Notes under the pieces: generated by a model | The model's database searches: none | What the model was told of the DNA's origin: nothing | Seen by the model: only the letters and a program-made list of their open reading frames with translations | Assembly (NCBI GenBank): GCA_025057295.1 | Contig: JANWXO010000001.1 | Span: 1-48,709, forward strand | Reading direction: 5' to 3' | Length of the DNA stretch: 48,709 bases | DNA from: Candidatus Binatia bacterium | GTDB taxonomy: Bacteria; Desulfobacterota; Binatia; Bin18 | Translations under genes and position numbers: made by a program | In this document: positions 1 through 9,477 of the stretch, one piece after another | Layout: every line of letters begins with the position of its first letter | Numbering within the stretch: position 1 is the first letter of the stretch

Positions 1-65
1 TCTCTCTCTTTCTCCTCGGGACAGCCTATTTCCTCCTCTTTACCTCGCTGCGTTAGGTGCAAGGC

Positions 66-2333
66 TCAGGTGCGTACGACAACTTCTACCTCTCCCTCTC
101 GTTTCAGGACTTCGACAGCGGCGTGCCACTGGCCGCGCGTGATGCAGAGATCGACACGCGCGTCGCACACCTGCAACCCCTGCAGGGTGAGCCGGTTCAG
201 CCAGGGAGGTAAGGTTGCCCGCTCGAAGGTGACGCGACGCTCCCAGGCGTCGATACGCAGCCCCAGCGCGGCCTGCAAGAGCAGGAAGACGCTTCCTGCC
301 GCCCATGCTTGCGGCTTACAGGCGACCGGGTACGGGACCGGGGTGGGGTGTTGGTGGCGCGCAAAGCCGCAGAAAAGTTCAGGTAAACGGCGATTTTCTA
401 TACCTAAGCTGGCCTCGAAAAGCGCAGTGAAGAGCTGTTGCACCTGGGTGCTCCCCCCGTAACGAGCGAAGCCAGCGGCGATGATGGCATTATCGTGCGG
501 CCAGACCGATCCATTGTGGTAGCTCATCGGGTTATAGCGGCGCGCCCGTGTGGAGAGGGTGCGAATACCCCAGCCGCAAAACATGTCGTCCCGCATGAGG
601 CGGCTGATGACCTGACGCGCGTTGTCCTCTTCCGCCAGGCCGCCGAACAGACAGTGCCCGGCGTTGGAGCTGACCACGCGGCAGGGGCGGCGCTGGCCAT
701 CGAGGGCCAGCGCGAAGGTCCCTTCATCGGCGAGCCAAAAGTCGCGATGGAACTGCTCGCGTAAGCGTGTAGCCTGCGCATCCCACGTCGCGCTTTGTGC
801 GAAATGGCCGAGGCGGCGGGCCAACCGTGCAAGACCGCGGCGAGCTGCATAGACGTACGCTTGCACTTCCGCGAGAGCGATGGGGGGCTCAGCCAGAGTG
901 CCATCTGCGTGCGAGATGGCGTCGTGAGAGTCTTTCCACCCTTGGTTGACCAACCCCCGCGGCGTACGGCGGGCGTAGGTCACGTAGCCGGCTTCGTCCG
1001 CGACGGTGTCGATCCACCGCATGGCGGCCACAGCGGCTGGCCACAGCTCGTGCACGAGGGCGAGATCTGCCGTGCGCTCGCTGTACTCAGCGAGCAGCAG
1101 GAGGAACAGCGGAGTCGCATCGACGCTGCCGTAATAGCGAGCGAAGGGGATTTCGCCGGTTGCGGCCATCTCTCCGTAGCGCATTTCGTGGAGGATCTTG
1201 CCCGGTTCCTCGTCGCGTTCGTGGTTGACCTGCTGTCCTTGCAGGTGAGCCAAGGTGCGCAGCGTTCCCGCTGCCAGGTCGGGCGAGAAGGCCAGTATTT
1301 CCAGAGCCGTGATCAGACCGTCGCGCCCAAAGATGGTAGCGAACCAGGGGATGCCGGCATAGACATAGGAACCCTGGGGCCCGACAGTTCTGAGGATAGC
1401 GAGGTCTTGCAGCGAGCGGTTGAGCCAGGTGTTGAAATCTTCGTTATCGGAAGACACAGCAGGGAAGTGCTGGCGCCAGCTGTTACGCTCCTGGCACACA
1501 GTGGCGAGGGCTGCGGGAAAGGTGCGGACAGAGGAGGGAGCAGTACCGACGTGACAAACGATCTGGATCTCGAGAGCGGCTTCCTCGCCAGGACCGAGGT
1601 CGAACAGGAAGGAGGCGTTGGTTGCCCCGAGGTGCTGAGGGGCGGGGGAGAAGTGGAGTACGGTCTCGCGCCGCACCCCGTCGAGGCCCTGGTAGGGGAG
1701 ACGCAGGCAGCCAGGTTCGACGATGGGAGCTGCGAGAGAGCCGCGTTGCATCCGCTTGGTCCCGCGCAGCTCGAAGACGTCGGCAAAGTCGGCGGCAAAG
1801 AGTACTTCCAGTTCCAAACGCAGCGGCTGCCTGCCGTAGTTGTGGAAGTGTAACGCTTCGTACAGCGTGTCGTGCAGGAGCGTTTTGCTCCGTTGGATTG
1901 CAACCGTGTCGCGCAGCACGACGACTTGGCCATCGCGCAATTCATCCGCGTTTGAGAGGTAAGTGACGAGTGCACTCCCCTCATGGGTGGGAGAGGTGCT
2001 GAGCAGCATGGGGAATTGGCCGTTCAGCCGCAGCTCGAAGCGATTCAGGAACCGCGTCCCGCGGTGAAACAGTCCGTACGCTTCGTGGCGTGCAATGGGG
2101 ATATCGCCGGCGAGATCAAAAATGGCAAAACTGTCCCCATGATTGAGCAATACCTGGGGATGGCGTGGTGCCAAGGCAGAGGTGAGGAGGTAGTACTCCT
2201 CCTGCACCCGAATGGAGTCCGGTATAGCAGCCACGGAGGCTGCGTTCCATTGGTTTTGCTCGGCCCTCTCGTCTCCCGTCACATTCCACCTCTCTGTGCT
2301 TGCGACCTTGGGAATTGACCTCTCCGTTCGCAT
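66..2333 (-). CDS. Amylo-alpha-1,6-glucosidase / glycogen debranching enzyme family protein
   Basis: 755-aa ORF. GDE_C-type motifs YVYAGIPWFATIFGRDGLITALE and HNGSVWPHDNAIIAAGFARYG. The N-terminal region resembles the bacterial GDE N-terminal domain. Confidence 0.85.
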   Translation of the reverse strand: MRTERSIPKVASTERWNVTGDERAEQNQWNAASVAAIPDSIRVQEEYYLLTSALAPRHPQVLLNHGDSFAIFDLAGDIPIARHEAYGLFHRGTRFLNRFELRLNGQFPMLLSTSPTHEGSALVTYLSNADELRDGQVVVLRDTVAIQRSKTLLHDTLYEALHFHNYGRQPLRLELEVLFAADFADVFELRGTKRMQRGSLAAPIVEPGCLRLPYQGLDGVRRETVLHFSPAPQHLGATNASFLFDLGPGEEAALEIQIVCHVGTAPSSVRTFPAALATVCQERNSWRQHFPAVSSDNEDFNTWLNRSLQDLAILRTVGPQGSYVYAGIPWFATIFGRDGLITALEILAFSPDLAAGTLRTLAHLQGQQVNHERDEEPGKILHEMRYGEMAATGEIPFARYYGSVDATPLFLLLLAEYSERTADLALVHELWPAAVAAMRWIDTVADEAGYVTYARRTPRGLVNQGWKDSHDAISHADGTLAEPPIALAEVQAYVYAARRGLARLARRLGHFAQSATWDAQATRLREQFHRDFWLADEGTFALALDGQRRPCRVVSSNAGHCLFGGLAEEDNARQVISRLMRDDMFCGWGIRTLSTRARRYNPMSYHNGSVWPHDNAIIAAGFARYGGSTQVQQLFTALFEASLGIENRRLPELFCGFARHQHPTPVPYPVACKPQAWAAGSVFLLLQAALGLRIDAWERRVTFERATLPPWLNRLTLQGLQVCDARVDLCITRGQWHAAVEVLKREGEVEVVVRT

Positions 2334-2480
2334 GCATCATACATCGAGAACGGAAAGGATGTACATGGCCAAACGAATGTGTCGCGCGCTGGCCTCGGTG
2401 CCTCTCGTATTGTTGGAAGGAGTAGGGTAATCATCCTGGCCCAGGGGAGGGGAACTCTCTCTCGCTCGCGAGAGAGTCCC

Positions 2481-3299
2481 ATGGCGAAAGGGGAGACAGA
2501 TATGGCGGACTTGCTCGTTGCTGTGAAGAATAAGGTCGGCATTTTCACCCTGAATCGTCCTGACAAGCTCAATGCTCTGACCCCGGCGATGGGGACCGCC
2601 GCGGTTGCTGCGCTGCGCGAGATGGCTGCGGACCCGAACGTCGGTGCGATTGTGCTCACCGGAGCGGGCAGGGGCTTCTGCGCTGGCGGCGATGTCTCTG
2701 CCATGCAGCGCGGTGAGGAGAGCGGGCCGTCGGAGACAACGCTGGAGGAGCGGATCGATGCCTTGCGCCAGCGCCACGAGTGGCCCTGGCTGCTGTATAC
2801 CATACCCAAGGTGACTATCGCGGTGGTAAACGGACCGGTAGCAGGTGCAGGGTTGGGGTTGGCACTCTGCTGCGATCTGCGTCTGGCTTCTGATCAGGCC
2901 ACCTTCGGCACTGCCTACGCGCGCGTCGGCTATGGCGGCGATTTCGGCGTCACGTGGCAGCTCACCCGCCTGGTCGGGCCGGCGAAAGCGAAAGAGCTCT
3001 TCTTTCTGCCGGATATGATAACGGCTGCCGAGGCCTTGCGCATCGGCTTGGTCAACCGGGTGATCCCGCACGAGCGATTGTGGGAAGAAGCGATGGCGCT
3101 TGCCGAACGCATCGCGGCTGGTCCGCTGGTCAGCTACCGTTACATGAAGGCGAATGTGAACATGGCGACGACGGTCGATTTCCGGACCATGCTCGATCGC
3201 GAAGCCGAGACCCATGTGCGGTGTGGGCAGACTGCCGATCACCAAGAAGGGGTGCGGGCTTTCTTGGAAAAGCGCCCACCGCGGTTCCGTGGGCGATAA
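2481..3299 (+). CDS. Enoyl-CoA hydratase/isomerase (crotonase) family protein
   Basis: GIFTLNRPDKLNAL and LTGAGRGFCAGGDV oxyanion-hole motifs. Start trimmed from the track ORF (2379) to ATG 2481. The exact start is uncertain (ATG 2502 is also possible). Confidence 0.85.
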   Translation: MAKGETDMADLLVAVKNKVGIFTLNRPDKLNALTPAMGTAAVAALREMAADPNVGAIVLTGAGRGFCAGGDVSAMQRGEESGPSETTLEERIDALRQRHEWPWLLYTIPKVTIAVVNGPVAGAGLGLALCCDLRLASDQATFGTAYARVGYGGDFGVTWQLTRLVGPAKAKELFFLPDMITAAEALRIGLVNRVIPHERLWEEAMALAERIAAGPLVSYRYMKANVNMATTVDFRTMLDREAETHVRCGQTADHQEGVRAFLEKRPPRFRGR

Positions 3300-3331
3300 A
3301 GCAACTCTATGCGTCCAACAGGAGGATGTGT

Positions 3332-3946
3332 ATGATTTACGAAGTCCGCACCTATCGCCTCAAGCCCGGTACGGTCGCCGAGTGTGAGCAGCGCTTTGCC
3401 GAGGCTCTGCCATACCGCGAGCAATACTCTCCGTTAGGAGCGTTTTGGCATACGGAGATCGGTCCCTTGAATCAAATCATTCATGTGTGGCCGTACGAGG
3501 ATTTGCAGCAGCGCGCCACGATCCGCGCTCGGGCGGCACAGGACCCACACTGGCCGCCGAAGATCTTGCACCTCGTGGAGACGATGGAAACGGAAATTTT
3601 TCTTCCGGCCCCGTTCATGCCGCCGCTGAGCAAACGACAGCTGGGAGGGATCTACGAGATGCGAACCTACCTCTACCAGCCTGGCACCATACCTGAAGTG
3701 GTAGCGCGTTGGGCCGAGGCGCTCCCAGCGCGGGTGCAGCTGTCCCCTTTGGCGGCATGCTGGTACAGCGAGATCGGAGAGCTCAACACCTTCGTGCACA
3801 TCTGGCCCTACCGTGATCTGGCCGAGCGCGACCGCATCCGGGCTGAAGCCCAACGCTTGCCCTCCTGGCCGCCCAAAACGCGTGAATTCCTGCTGCGGCA
3901 GAGCACCAAGATACTGATTCCCGCCGCCTTTTCGCCGCTGCAGTAG
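3332..3946 (+). CDS. NIPSNAP family protein (two tandem NIPSNAP domains)
   Basis: Two internal repeats, IYEVRTYRLKPGT...FWHTEIGPLNQIIHVWPYEDL and IYEMRTYLYQPGT...CWYSEIGELNTFVHIWPYRDL. AGGAGGA RBS lies 5-6 nt upstream of ATG 3332. Confidence 0.8.
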   Translation: MIYEVRTYRLKPGTVAECEQRFAEALPYREQYSPLGAFWHTEIGPLNQIIHVWPYEDLQQRATIRARAAQDPHWPPKILHLVETMETEIFLPAPFMPPLSKRQLGGIYEMRTYLYQPGTIPEVVARWAEALPARVQLSPLAACWYSEIGELNTFVHIWPYRDLAERDRIRAEAQRLPSWPPKTREFLLRQSTKILIPAAFSPLQ

Positions 3947-4036
3947 CAACGATGGCCGAGTGGAGTGCAGAAAACGGCGTGCCAACAGGTACGGGGGGTG
4001 ACGACACACCGATGACCCAAAAGAGAGGAGGGTAGG

Positions 4037-4696
4037 ATGGCGACGATCGAACTCTACGAAGCGATGCGCACCTTACGGGCGGTGCGACGGCTCCGGCCCG
4101 ATCCCATTCCCGACGACGTGCTCCGTCGCATCCTCGAAGCCGCCACGTGGGCACCGAGCGGTGGCAATCGTCAACCCTGGCGTGTCATCGTGGTCAAAGA
4201 TCCGGTGCGCAAACAACGCCTGGGAGAGTTGTACCGGAAGGTTGCCGTACCGTTTCTGCACTCCTACGCCGAGCAGTTGGTGGCTCTTCCCGAGGGCGAG
4301 CGGATCAAGAGGGAAAAAATGCTGCGTTCCGGCCTCTATTTGGCCGAGCATTTGGGCGAGGCGCCGGTTTTATGTGTCTTTTGTTTTCATCCGGACGGGC
4401 TGGCGGTGACCGATGCCAAGCTCGATCGCGTTTCTGTCGTTGGCGGAGGGTCGATTTATCCGGCGGTGCAGAATCTGTTGCTTGCCTGTCGTGCGGAAGG
4501 GCTGGGGTGCGTGCTGACGACTCTCCTCTGTATGGTCGAGCCTGAGGTGCGCGAGGTGTTGGCAATCCCCCAGCCATGGGGGACCGCAGCGGTCGTCCCG
4601 ATCGGGTACCCTCAGCTCCGTGGGCACGGCCCGATCTCGCGTCGCCCAGTCGAAGAAATGGCGTTTGTCGACTCGTGGGGACAGCCGTTTGCGTGA
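4037..4696 (+). CDS. Nitroreductase family protein
   Basis: 219 aa. N-terminal RAVRRLRPDPIPDDVLRRILEAATWAPSGGNRQPWRVIVV is typical of the FMN nitroreductase fold. GGAGG RBS upstream. Confidence 0.8.
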   Translation: MATIELYEAMRTLRAVRRLRPDPIPDDVLRRILEAATWAPSGGNRQPWRVIVVKDPVRKQRLGELYRKVAVPFLHSYAEQLVALPEGERIKREKMLRSGLYLAEHLGEAPVLCVFCFHPDGLAVTDAKLDRVSVVGGGSIYPAVQNLLLACRAEGLGCVLTTLLCMVEPEVREVLAIPQPWGTAAVVPIGYPQLRGHGPISRRPVEEMAFVDSWGQPFA

Positions 4697-4759
4697 ACGA
4701 AGGAAGACGGCGCTTCACGGGAAAAGAAGCACCTGGTGTGCTGCCCGAAAGGGCAGGGT

Positions 4760-5328
4760 ATGTTGCAGCGTTCCCAGCGCCATTACACTGAAGACGATTA
4801 CTTTGCGGTAGAGGCGAGTTCTCATAGTAAACATGAATTCTACCAAGGCGAGATCTTCGCCATGGCCGGGGCTTCCCTGGCGCATAACCACCTCATTGCT
4901 AACGTGTCGAGTCTATTGCGTGGGGCTGTGCGTCCGAGGGGGTGTAGCGCGTTCGGTTCAGACTTGCGCATACGAACCCCTGGTGGGTTATACACCTACC
5001 CCGACATCATGGTGATCTGTGGCCCTGTTGCCCTCACTCCTGACCGTCCTGATACGGTCACCAATCCTTGTGTCATCATCGAGGCCTTTCTGATGCCACT
5101 CGCGATTCCGATCGGGGGGAGAAGGTTGCTCTCTACCAGGCTATCCCTACGCTTCAGGAGTATCTTCTTGTCGAGCAAGACTATGTCTGCGTCGAACACT
5201 GGCAACGTCAGCCCACAGGAGCGTGGACGGCGCACACCTATACGACCCTTGAAGCTGTCGTCGCCTTCCCCACTCTTGCAGTGACCTTGCCGCTCAGAGA
5301 GGTCTATCGTGACGTGTTCGACTCCTGA
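4760..5328 (+). pseudogene. Uma2 (DUF820) family endonuclease, disrupted by a frameshift near 5084-5086
   Basis: The N-terminal half (YTEDDYFAVEASSHSKHEFYQGEIFAMAGASLAHNHL...PDIMVICG...NPCVIIE) is in the frame of ORF 4736..5284. The C-terminal half (LSDATRDSDRGEKVALYQAIPTLQEYLLVEQD...VEHWQRQ) continues in the frame of ORF 5068..5328. Together they form one typical Uma2 protein. Confidence 0.65.
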
Positions 5329-5583
5329 GGGCATTGCATAAAGCGCCTGTGGGCGGCTTCTTCCCTGCTCCCTGGTCTTCTCCTGCGAGGGAATGTTGTG
5401 CGGCGTGCGAGAGGTGAGTTTTGCCGTCACCGTGGGTCATCCGCTCTCAGCCTGTATACCCGACGACGGAGCTGCTGCGCCGAAGCAGGTGGGGGAAGAG
5501 CACGCGTTGACAGCACGGAGACGCTGGGAGTATGGAGGGGTGCACAGGAGACGCACGCGTGAGTTCTGAAAGGAGGGACATCG

Positions 5584-7080
5584 ATGACACAGATGCAAGA
5601 GTATCTGGTGAGCTGTGGAACCGGGAAAATCCCCGCCCGCCTCCCGGTTGAACGCACCCGTATCCCGCCTGGACCGCCACCGTCGGCCGCTCCTTTACCG
5701 GATTTCGCTGCTGCTTTCCGACGCGCGCTGGCTCACCCGGTCGGCATGCCGCCACTGGAAAAGCTGGTCGGGAAGGGGGCGAAAGTGACGATCGGCATTC
5801 AGGACGGGCGCTCGACGCACTACCATCCTGAGGACCACGATTTATGCATCCACGGGTTGCCCATTCTCCTCCACCTGCTCGAGGAGTACGGTGTACGGCC
5901 CGAAGATATCCAGGTCAAGGTTGCCAATGCCCTCCACCGTATGTGGACGCGCAAAGAAATGACCCACATCCTCGGACCGAAGTTACCCTACACTCTAGGC
6001 GGCAGACTCTCCTGCATCGATGCCACCGATGATGCACAGTTTGTCCACCTCGGCATGACCAGACGCGGCATGGAGGTCATGGTTCACCGCTCAGTGGTGG
6101 AGTCGGATCTGTTCATCTTCATGTCTACTCCGCAGGGGTTCTTCCAGGGAGGATGGAAGTCGATCCTCGTGGGGATGAGCAATTGGCGGTCGATCCGCTA
6201 TCATCACCGCCCCTGGCCCTTTGCCTCCGGACACTCGGTGCAAGATCCCAAGAAGAGCTCGTTTCACAAGTTGTTGAACGAGATGGGAGAGCTCGTCGAT
6301 GCGGAGTTGGCACGGCGGGGGCACCCGCCGATTATGAAGATCGAAGGAGTACTGACCACGACAAAGCCCCAGCGGTTCGCAGCGATCGATGCGGGGCTCA
6401 TTACGCCCGTGCGGGAGATGCATCTCGACCTGCTGCTCTCTGAGCTCGTGACCGACGTCACGGGGCAAACCGACGTGTTGTTGGTAGGGATGACTGATGG
6501 TGATGGGTATTCACGGCTGTCGATCTTCAATCCCATCCACTGTCGGAACAAAGCGCTCTCGGGGCTGTTCAACGCCTATCACGAGAACCCGCTCGTGCGC
6601 AAAGGAGGGATTTTTATCGTGGCGAATCCCTTCGAGCCGAAGTTCAGCCTCCTGAACCACCCTTCGTACTACGCCCTGTATCATGAGGTGCTGCCGACGG
6701 TGGCCGATCCGGTAGAGGTGTGGGACACGTACGCAGAGGAATATGCCCACCGGCCCGAATTTGTCCATAAGTACCGGCATGGCTTTGCTTTCCATGGAGC
6801 ACACCCGTGCATTCTGTACGGCCAGGGGTTATACGCGCTCAATCATCTCAGCGCGGTCTTCGCTGCCGGCGTGCCCAAGGAGAACGAGGAAGTGGCGAGA
6901 CGAATGGGGTTCGAGCCGTTCCCTACGATCGAAGCTGCGTTGCAGGAGGCAGAGGCCCGCTTGGGGAAGGACTGTACGATCACCTACCATCCCCATTTAG
7001 AAGAGCAGGCGTATTTCACGCGGGTACGTGTCGATGAGCCGGCTGAGGGAGGGACGGGGGTCACCGGTGAGCGTGGGTAA
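5584..7080 (+). CDS. LarA-like / DUF2088 (lactate racemase N-terminal domain) family protein
   Basis: 498 aa. The layout GKGAKVTIGIQDGRS...VKVANALHRMWTRKEM...DLFIFMSTPQGFFQGGWKSILVGMSN parallels the LarA blocks (DxTR / GxHR / GGxKS). Assigned by eye only. GGAGGGA RBS upstream. Confidence 0.5.
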   Translation: MTQMQEYLVSCGTGKIPARLPVERTRIPPGPPPSAAPLPDFAAAFRRALAHPVGMPPLEKLVGKGAKVTIGIQDGRSTHYHPEDHDLCIHGLPILLHLLEEYGVRPEDIQVKVANALHRMWTRKEMTHILGPKLPYTLGGRLSCIDATDDAQFVHLGMTRRGMEVMVHRSVVESDLFIFMSTPQGFFQGGWKSILVGMSNWRSIRYHHRPWPFASGHSVQDPKKSSFHKLLNEMGELVDAELARRGHPPIMKIEGVLTTTKPQRFAAIDAGLITPVREMHLDLLLSELVTDVTGQTDVLLVGMTDGDGYSRLSIFNPIHCRNKALSGLFNAYHENPLVRKGGIFIVANPFEPKFSLLNHPSYYALYHEVLPTVADPVEVWDTYAEEYAHRPEFVHKYRHGFAFHGAHPCILYGQGLYALNHLSAVFAAGVPKENEEVARRMGFEPFPTIEAALQEAEARLGKDCTITYHPHLEEQAYFTRVRVDEPAEGGTGVTGERG

Positions 7081-7737
7081 GGTGCTGAGCCCCTCAGGCA
7101 GTTGAGAGCGCTGCGGGGGCTCGCGCGGAGCGAGGGGGGCGATCGCTGCGGCCAGGTCGGCGATCAACTGGCGCAAGATCGTTTCGAGGTTGCGGCTCAT
7201 CGCTTCGGCGATAGCAGCAGGGTTGCGTTTAGCGGCTTGCTGGGTGGCCGCGTAGGAGCGAAACCACAGGGGGGTGCGTTGGTCACCACGGGTGAGCCAA
7301 AAGTCGATGCTCAGCGCCGCCTCCCACGTGTGTTGGTGGTCGATCTCTTCGAACTGCCGGATGATCCCGCTTAAGGCGAGATCGGCAGTTGCGTCTGGGG
7401 TAGGAAAAACCTTGGCGAATACCCCAGACTGGCCGAGGTAGCGTCGGGTCCACTCGGTGACCTGTTGGGCTGGTGTGGCGGCCCACCGGTGGTACTGGTA
7501 GAAATCGAGCTGGTAGGGAGACTGCCGGTACACCATGGAATTGCGGTCGTATGGATCGCGCGCTGTAAACGGACGGACGACGAGTGACAATGTCCCCGCT
7601 CCAGGAGCCGGCTCGGGAAGGGCTATCGACAGAGAGTAGTAGCGGACCGCAGGGCGCGCGCGCGTCAGGCTACACCCCTGTGTGATCACGCCGCACAGCA
7701 CCACCACGCTCCACACCAACCGCGTGCTTCTCCTCAT
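6997..7737 (-). CDS. ABC-type transport auxiliary lipoprotein (DUF330; PqiC/YmbA-like)
   Basis: Lipobox LCGVITQGC. YYSL...RPFTARDPYDRNSMVYRQSPYQLDFYQYHRWA is typical of DUF330. ATGA overlap with the upstream MlaD gene at 7734-7737. Confidence 0.7.
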   Translation of the reverse strand: MRRSTRLVWSVVVLCGVITQGCSLTRARPAVRYYSLSIALPEPAPGAGTLSLVVRPFTARDPYDRNSMVYRQSPYQLDFYQYHRWAATPAQQVTEWTRRYLGQSGVFAKVFPTPDATADLALSGIIRQFEEIDHQHTWEAALSIDFWLTRGDQRTPLWFRSYAATQQAAKRNPAAIAEAMSRNLETILRQLIADLAAAIAPLAPREPPQRSQLPEGLSTLPTLTGDPRPSLSRLIDTYPREIRLLF

Positions 7738-8666
7738 CGATCAGGAATCTCTCTCTCTGGGAGGTTTGGACCCCAGATCAGCTCTGACGGGTTATCCCGT
7801 ACCGTTGCCGCCGTCTCCTGTAAAGAACGCGAGGCATCGGCCAGACTGGTTAAGAGCCGATGCAACTCGCCCTGGTTCTCGACGATCACTTGGTCGAGAT
7901 GGGCGGTCAGCTGCCGTAGGTCCTTTGCCAAATTGGCAGTCACGGCTGCTGTCTGGCGCAATTGGATCAGCAGGGCTTTGAAATCTTTGAATGTCTCCTC
8001 GCGGATTTCGTTGATGGCATCCGTAGCGCTTTTGATCCCAGCCGCTGCCTGGGCGAGGTTATCGACCATCGCTTTGAGCGCAGTGCGTGTCTCGGGGGTG
8101 GAGATTTCATCGAGCGACACCCGCAGGTTTTCGGCCAGGACCGCAATATTCTGCAGAAACGACGACACGGCCATTTGGTTTTGCTCGTTGAGCAACCCTT
8201 CGATGCGGGTGAGCACGGCGAGCAGATGCTCACCAATTTCGCTGGCGCGGTCACGGAACTCTTCCAATCCCCCTTCTTTGACCGGAATGATGCCTCCCGG
8301 CTCCAAGGGCGGGGCGGAGCTCGACCCACCTGCCAGCTCGATGAAGCGGATACCGGTGACGAACGACCCGATCAGGTGCGCCGTGGTATCCTGACGAATG
8401 GGGGTCCCCGGCGCCACCGCGATGGTCACCTCTGCGCGCGGGGGAACCTCTTCTGTCAAGCGCAAGGATTCGACTTTTCCCACCGTCACTCCTTGATACT
8501 CGACCGCTGCACCGGGGAGCAATCCGCTCACCGATTTCTCGAAGATGATGCGGTAGGTATCCACCGGTTGGAAAAACCGCGAGCCTGCGAGCCATAAGAT
8601 GCCACCGGCTAACAAGAGGAAACTGAGCGTGACGAAGAGAACGACCTTCAGGCGGGTTTTCTCCAT
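7734..8666 (-). CDS. MlaD/Mce-domain substrate-binding protein
   Basis: N-terminal TM helix followed by the MCE domain (SGLLPGAAVEYQGVTVGKVESLRL) and a long helical C-terminus. ATG 8666 lies 1 nt after the ATPase stop codon (8668-8670). Confidence 0.85.
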   Translation of the reverse strand: MEKTRLKVVLFVTLSFLLLAGGILWLAGSRFFQPVDTYRIIFEKSVSGLLPGAAVEYQGVTVGKVESLRLTEEVPPRAEVTIAVAPGTPIRQDTTAHLIGSFVTGIRFIELAGGSSSAPPLEPGGIIPVKEGGLEEFRDRASEIGEHLLAVLTRIEGLLNEQNQMAVSSFLQNIAVLAENLRVSLDEISTPETRTALKAMVDNLAQAAAGIKSATDAINEIREETFKDFKALLIQLRQTAAVTANLAKDLRQLTAHLDQVIVENQGELHRLLTSLADASRSLQETAATVRDNPSELIWGPNLPEREIPDR

Positions 8667-8667
8667 A

Positions 8668-9471
8668 CTAGGCTCCGTCGATAAAGAGAGTATCGAGCAA
8701 GCCGTGCTGCGGCGCAACTGGCCTCGGCCTGCGGTCGAAGAAGGCGCGAATCTGCGGGTGATCGGTGTTTTGCACTTCTGCGAGAGTCCCAGCGGCGAGC
8801 ACTCTGCCGGCGTCTAGCATCACTGCTCGGTCAGCGATCATCTGGATGCTGCTCAGTTCGTGCGTCACGACGAGGATCGTGACGTCGAACTGGTCCCGGA
8901 GACTCAAGACGAGTTCATCGAGCCCACGAGCGGTAATCGGGTCGAGCCCTGCGGACAGCTCGTCGAAGAGGAGCAGGGCGGGATCGAGGGCGAGGGCACG
9001 GGCGACAGCAGCCCGCTTTTTCATCCCGCCGCTAATTTCGGAGGGGAGCAAGTGCGCCGCCCGCTCCAGTCCGACCAGTGCGAGCTTCATGCGTGCCAGC
9101 AGACGTGCCGTCTCAGGGTCAGCTTTGGCGTGCTCGATCAAGGGGAGAGCGACATTCTCCTCTAAGGTCATCGAGTTGAACAGCGCTCCGCCCTGGAACG
9201 ACATACCGATGTTCCGCAGTATCGCTTCCTGCTCTTCCTCCGATGCCCGGTGGATGTCACGGCCATCGATCAGGACACGGCCGGAGACCGGTGTCAGCAA
9301 CCCGACGATGTGGCGCAACAAGGTCGTTTTCCCGCACCCGCTGCTGCCGAGAATGACGGTGATTTCACCGGGGTACGCCTCGAGCGACACCCCATCCAGC
9401 ACGGTACGGTCACCGTAGCGAGCCACGAGGGATTCGACTTGGACGTACGGAGTGGCGTCTCGCGTTCTCAT
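8668..9471 (-). CDS. ABC transporter ATP-binding protein (MlaF-like)
   Basis: Walker A GSSGCGKTT, signature SGGMKKR, Walker B LLLFDE. Confidence 0.9.
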   Translation of the reverse strand: MRTRDATPYVQVESLVARYGDRTVLDGVSLEAYPGEITVILGSSGCGKTTLLRHIVGLLTPVSGRVLIDGRDIHRASEEEQEAILRNIGMSFQGGALFNSMTLEENVALPLIEHAKADPETARLLARMKLALVGLERAAHLLPSEISGGMKKRAAVARALALDPALLLFDELSAGLDPITARGLDELVLSLRDQFDVTILVVTHELSSIQMIADRAVMLDAGRVLAAGTLAEVQNTDHPQIRAFFDRRPRPVAPQHGLLDTLFIDGA

Positions 9472-9477
9472 GCCGTT

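Noticed and set aside
795-1853. Long antisense or alternative-frame ORFs throughout the window. Examples: 795..1853 (+), 7962..8597 (+), 12920..13663 (-), 23548..24315 (-), 29947..30834 (-), 31116..32036 (-), 31118..32155 (+), 34358..35323 (+), 35768..36568 (-), 37321..38055 (-), 46880..48034 (+).
   Set aside because: Each lies opposite to, or out of frame with, a gene that has clear family motifs. Their translations are Arg/Gly/Pro/Ala-rich low-complexity strings, as expected from stop-poor GC-rich DNA, and none shows a recognisable domain or RBS.
4736-5328. The Uma2 pseudogene considered as a marker of a mobile element or genomic-island boundary.
   Set aside because: No transposase, integrase, tRNA gene, inverted or direct terminal repeats, or compositional shift were seen around it.
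5507-5536. Candidate sigma70 promoter upstream of the LarA-like gene (TTGACA at 5507..5512, TATGGA at 5531..5536).
   Set aside because: The spacing is 18 bp and the -10 is poor. It is plausible but not supportable without transcript mapping.
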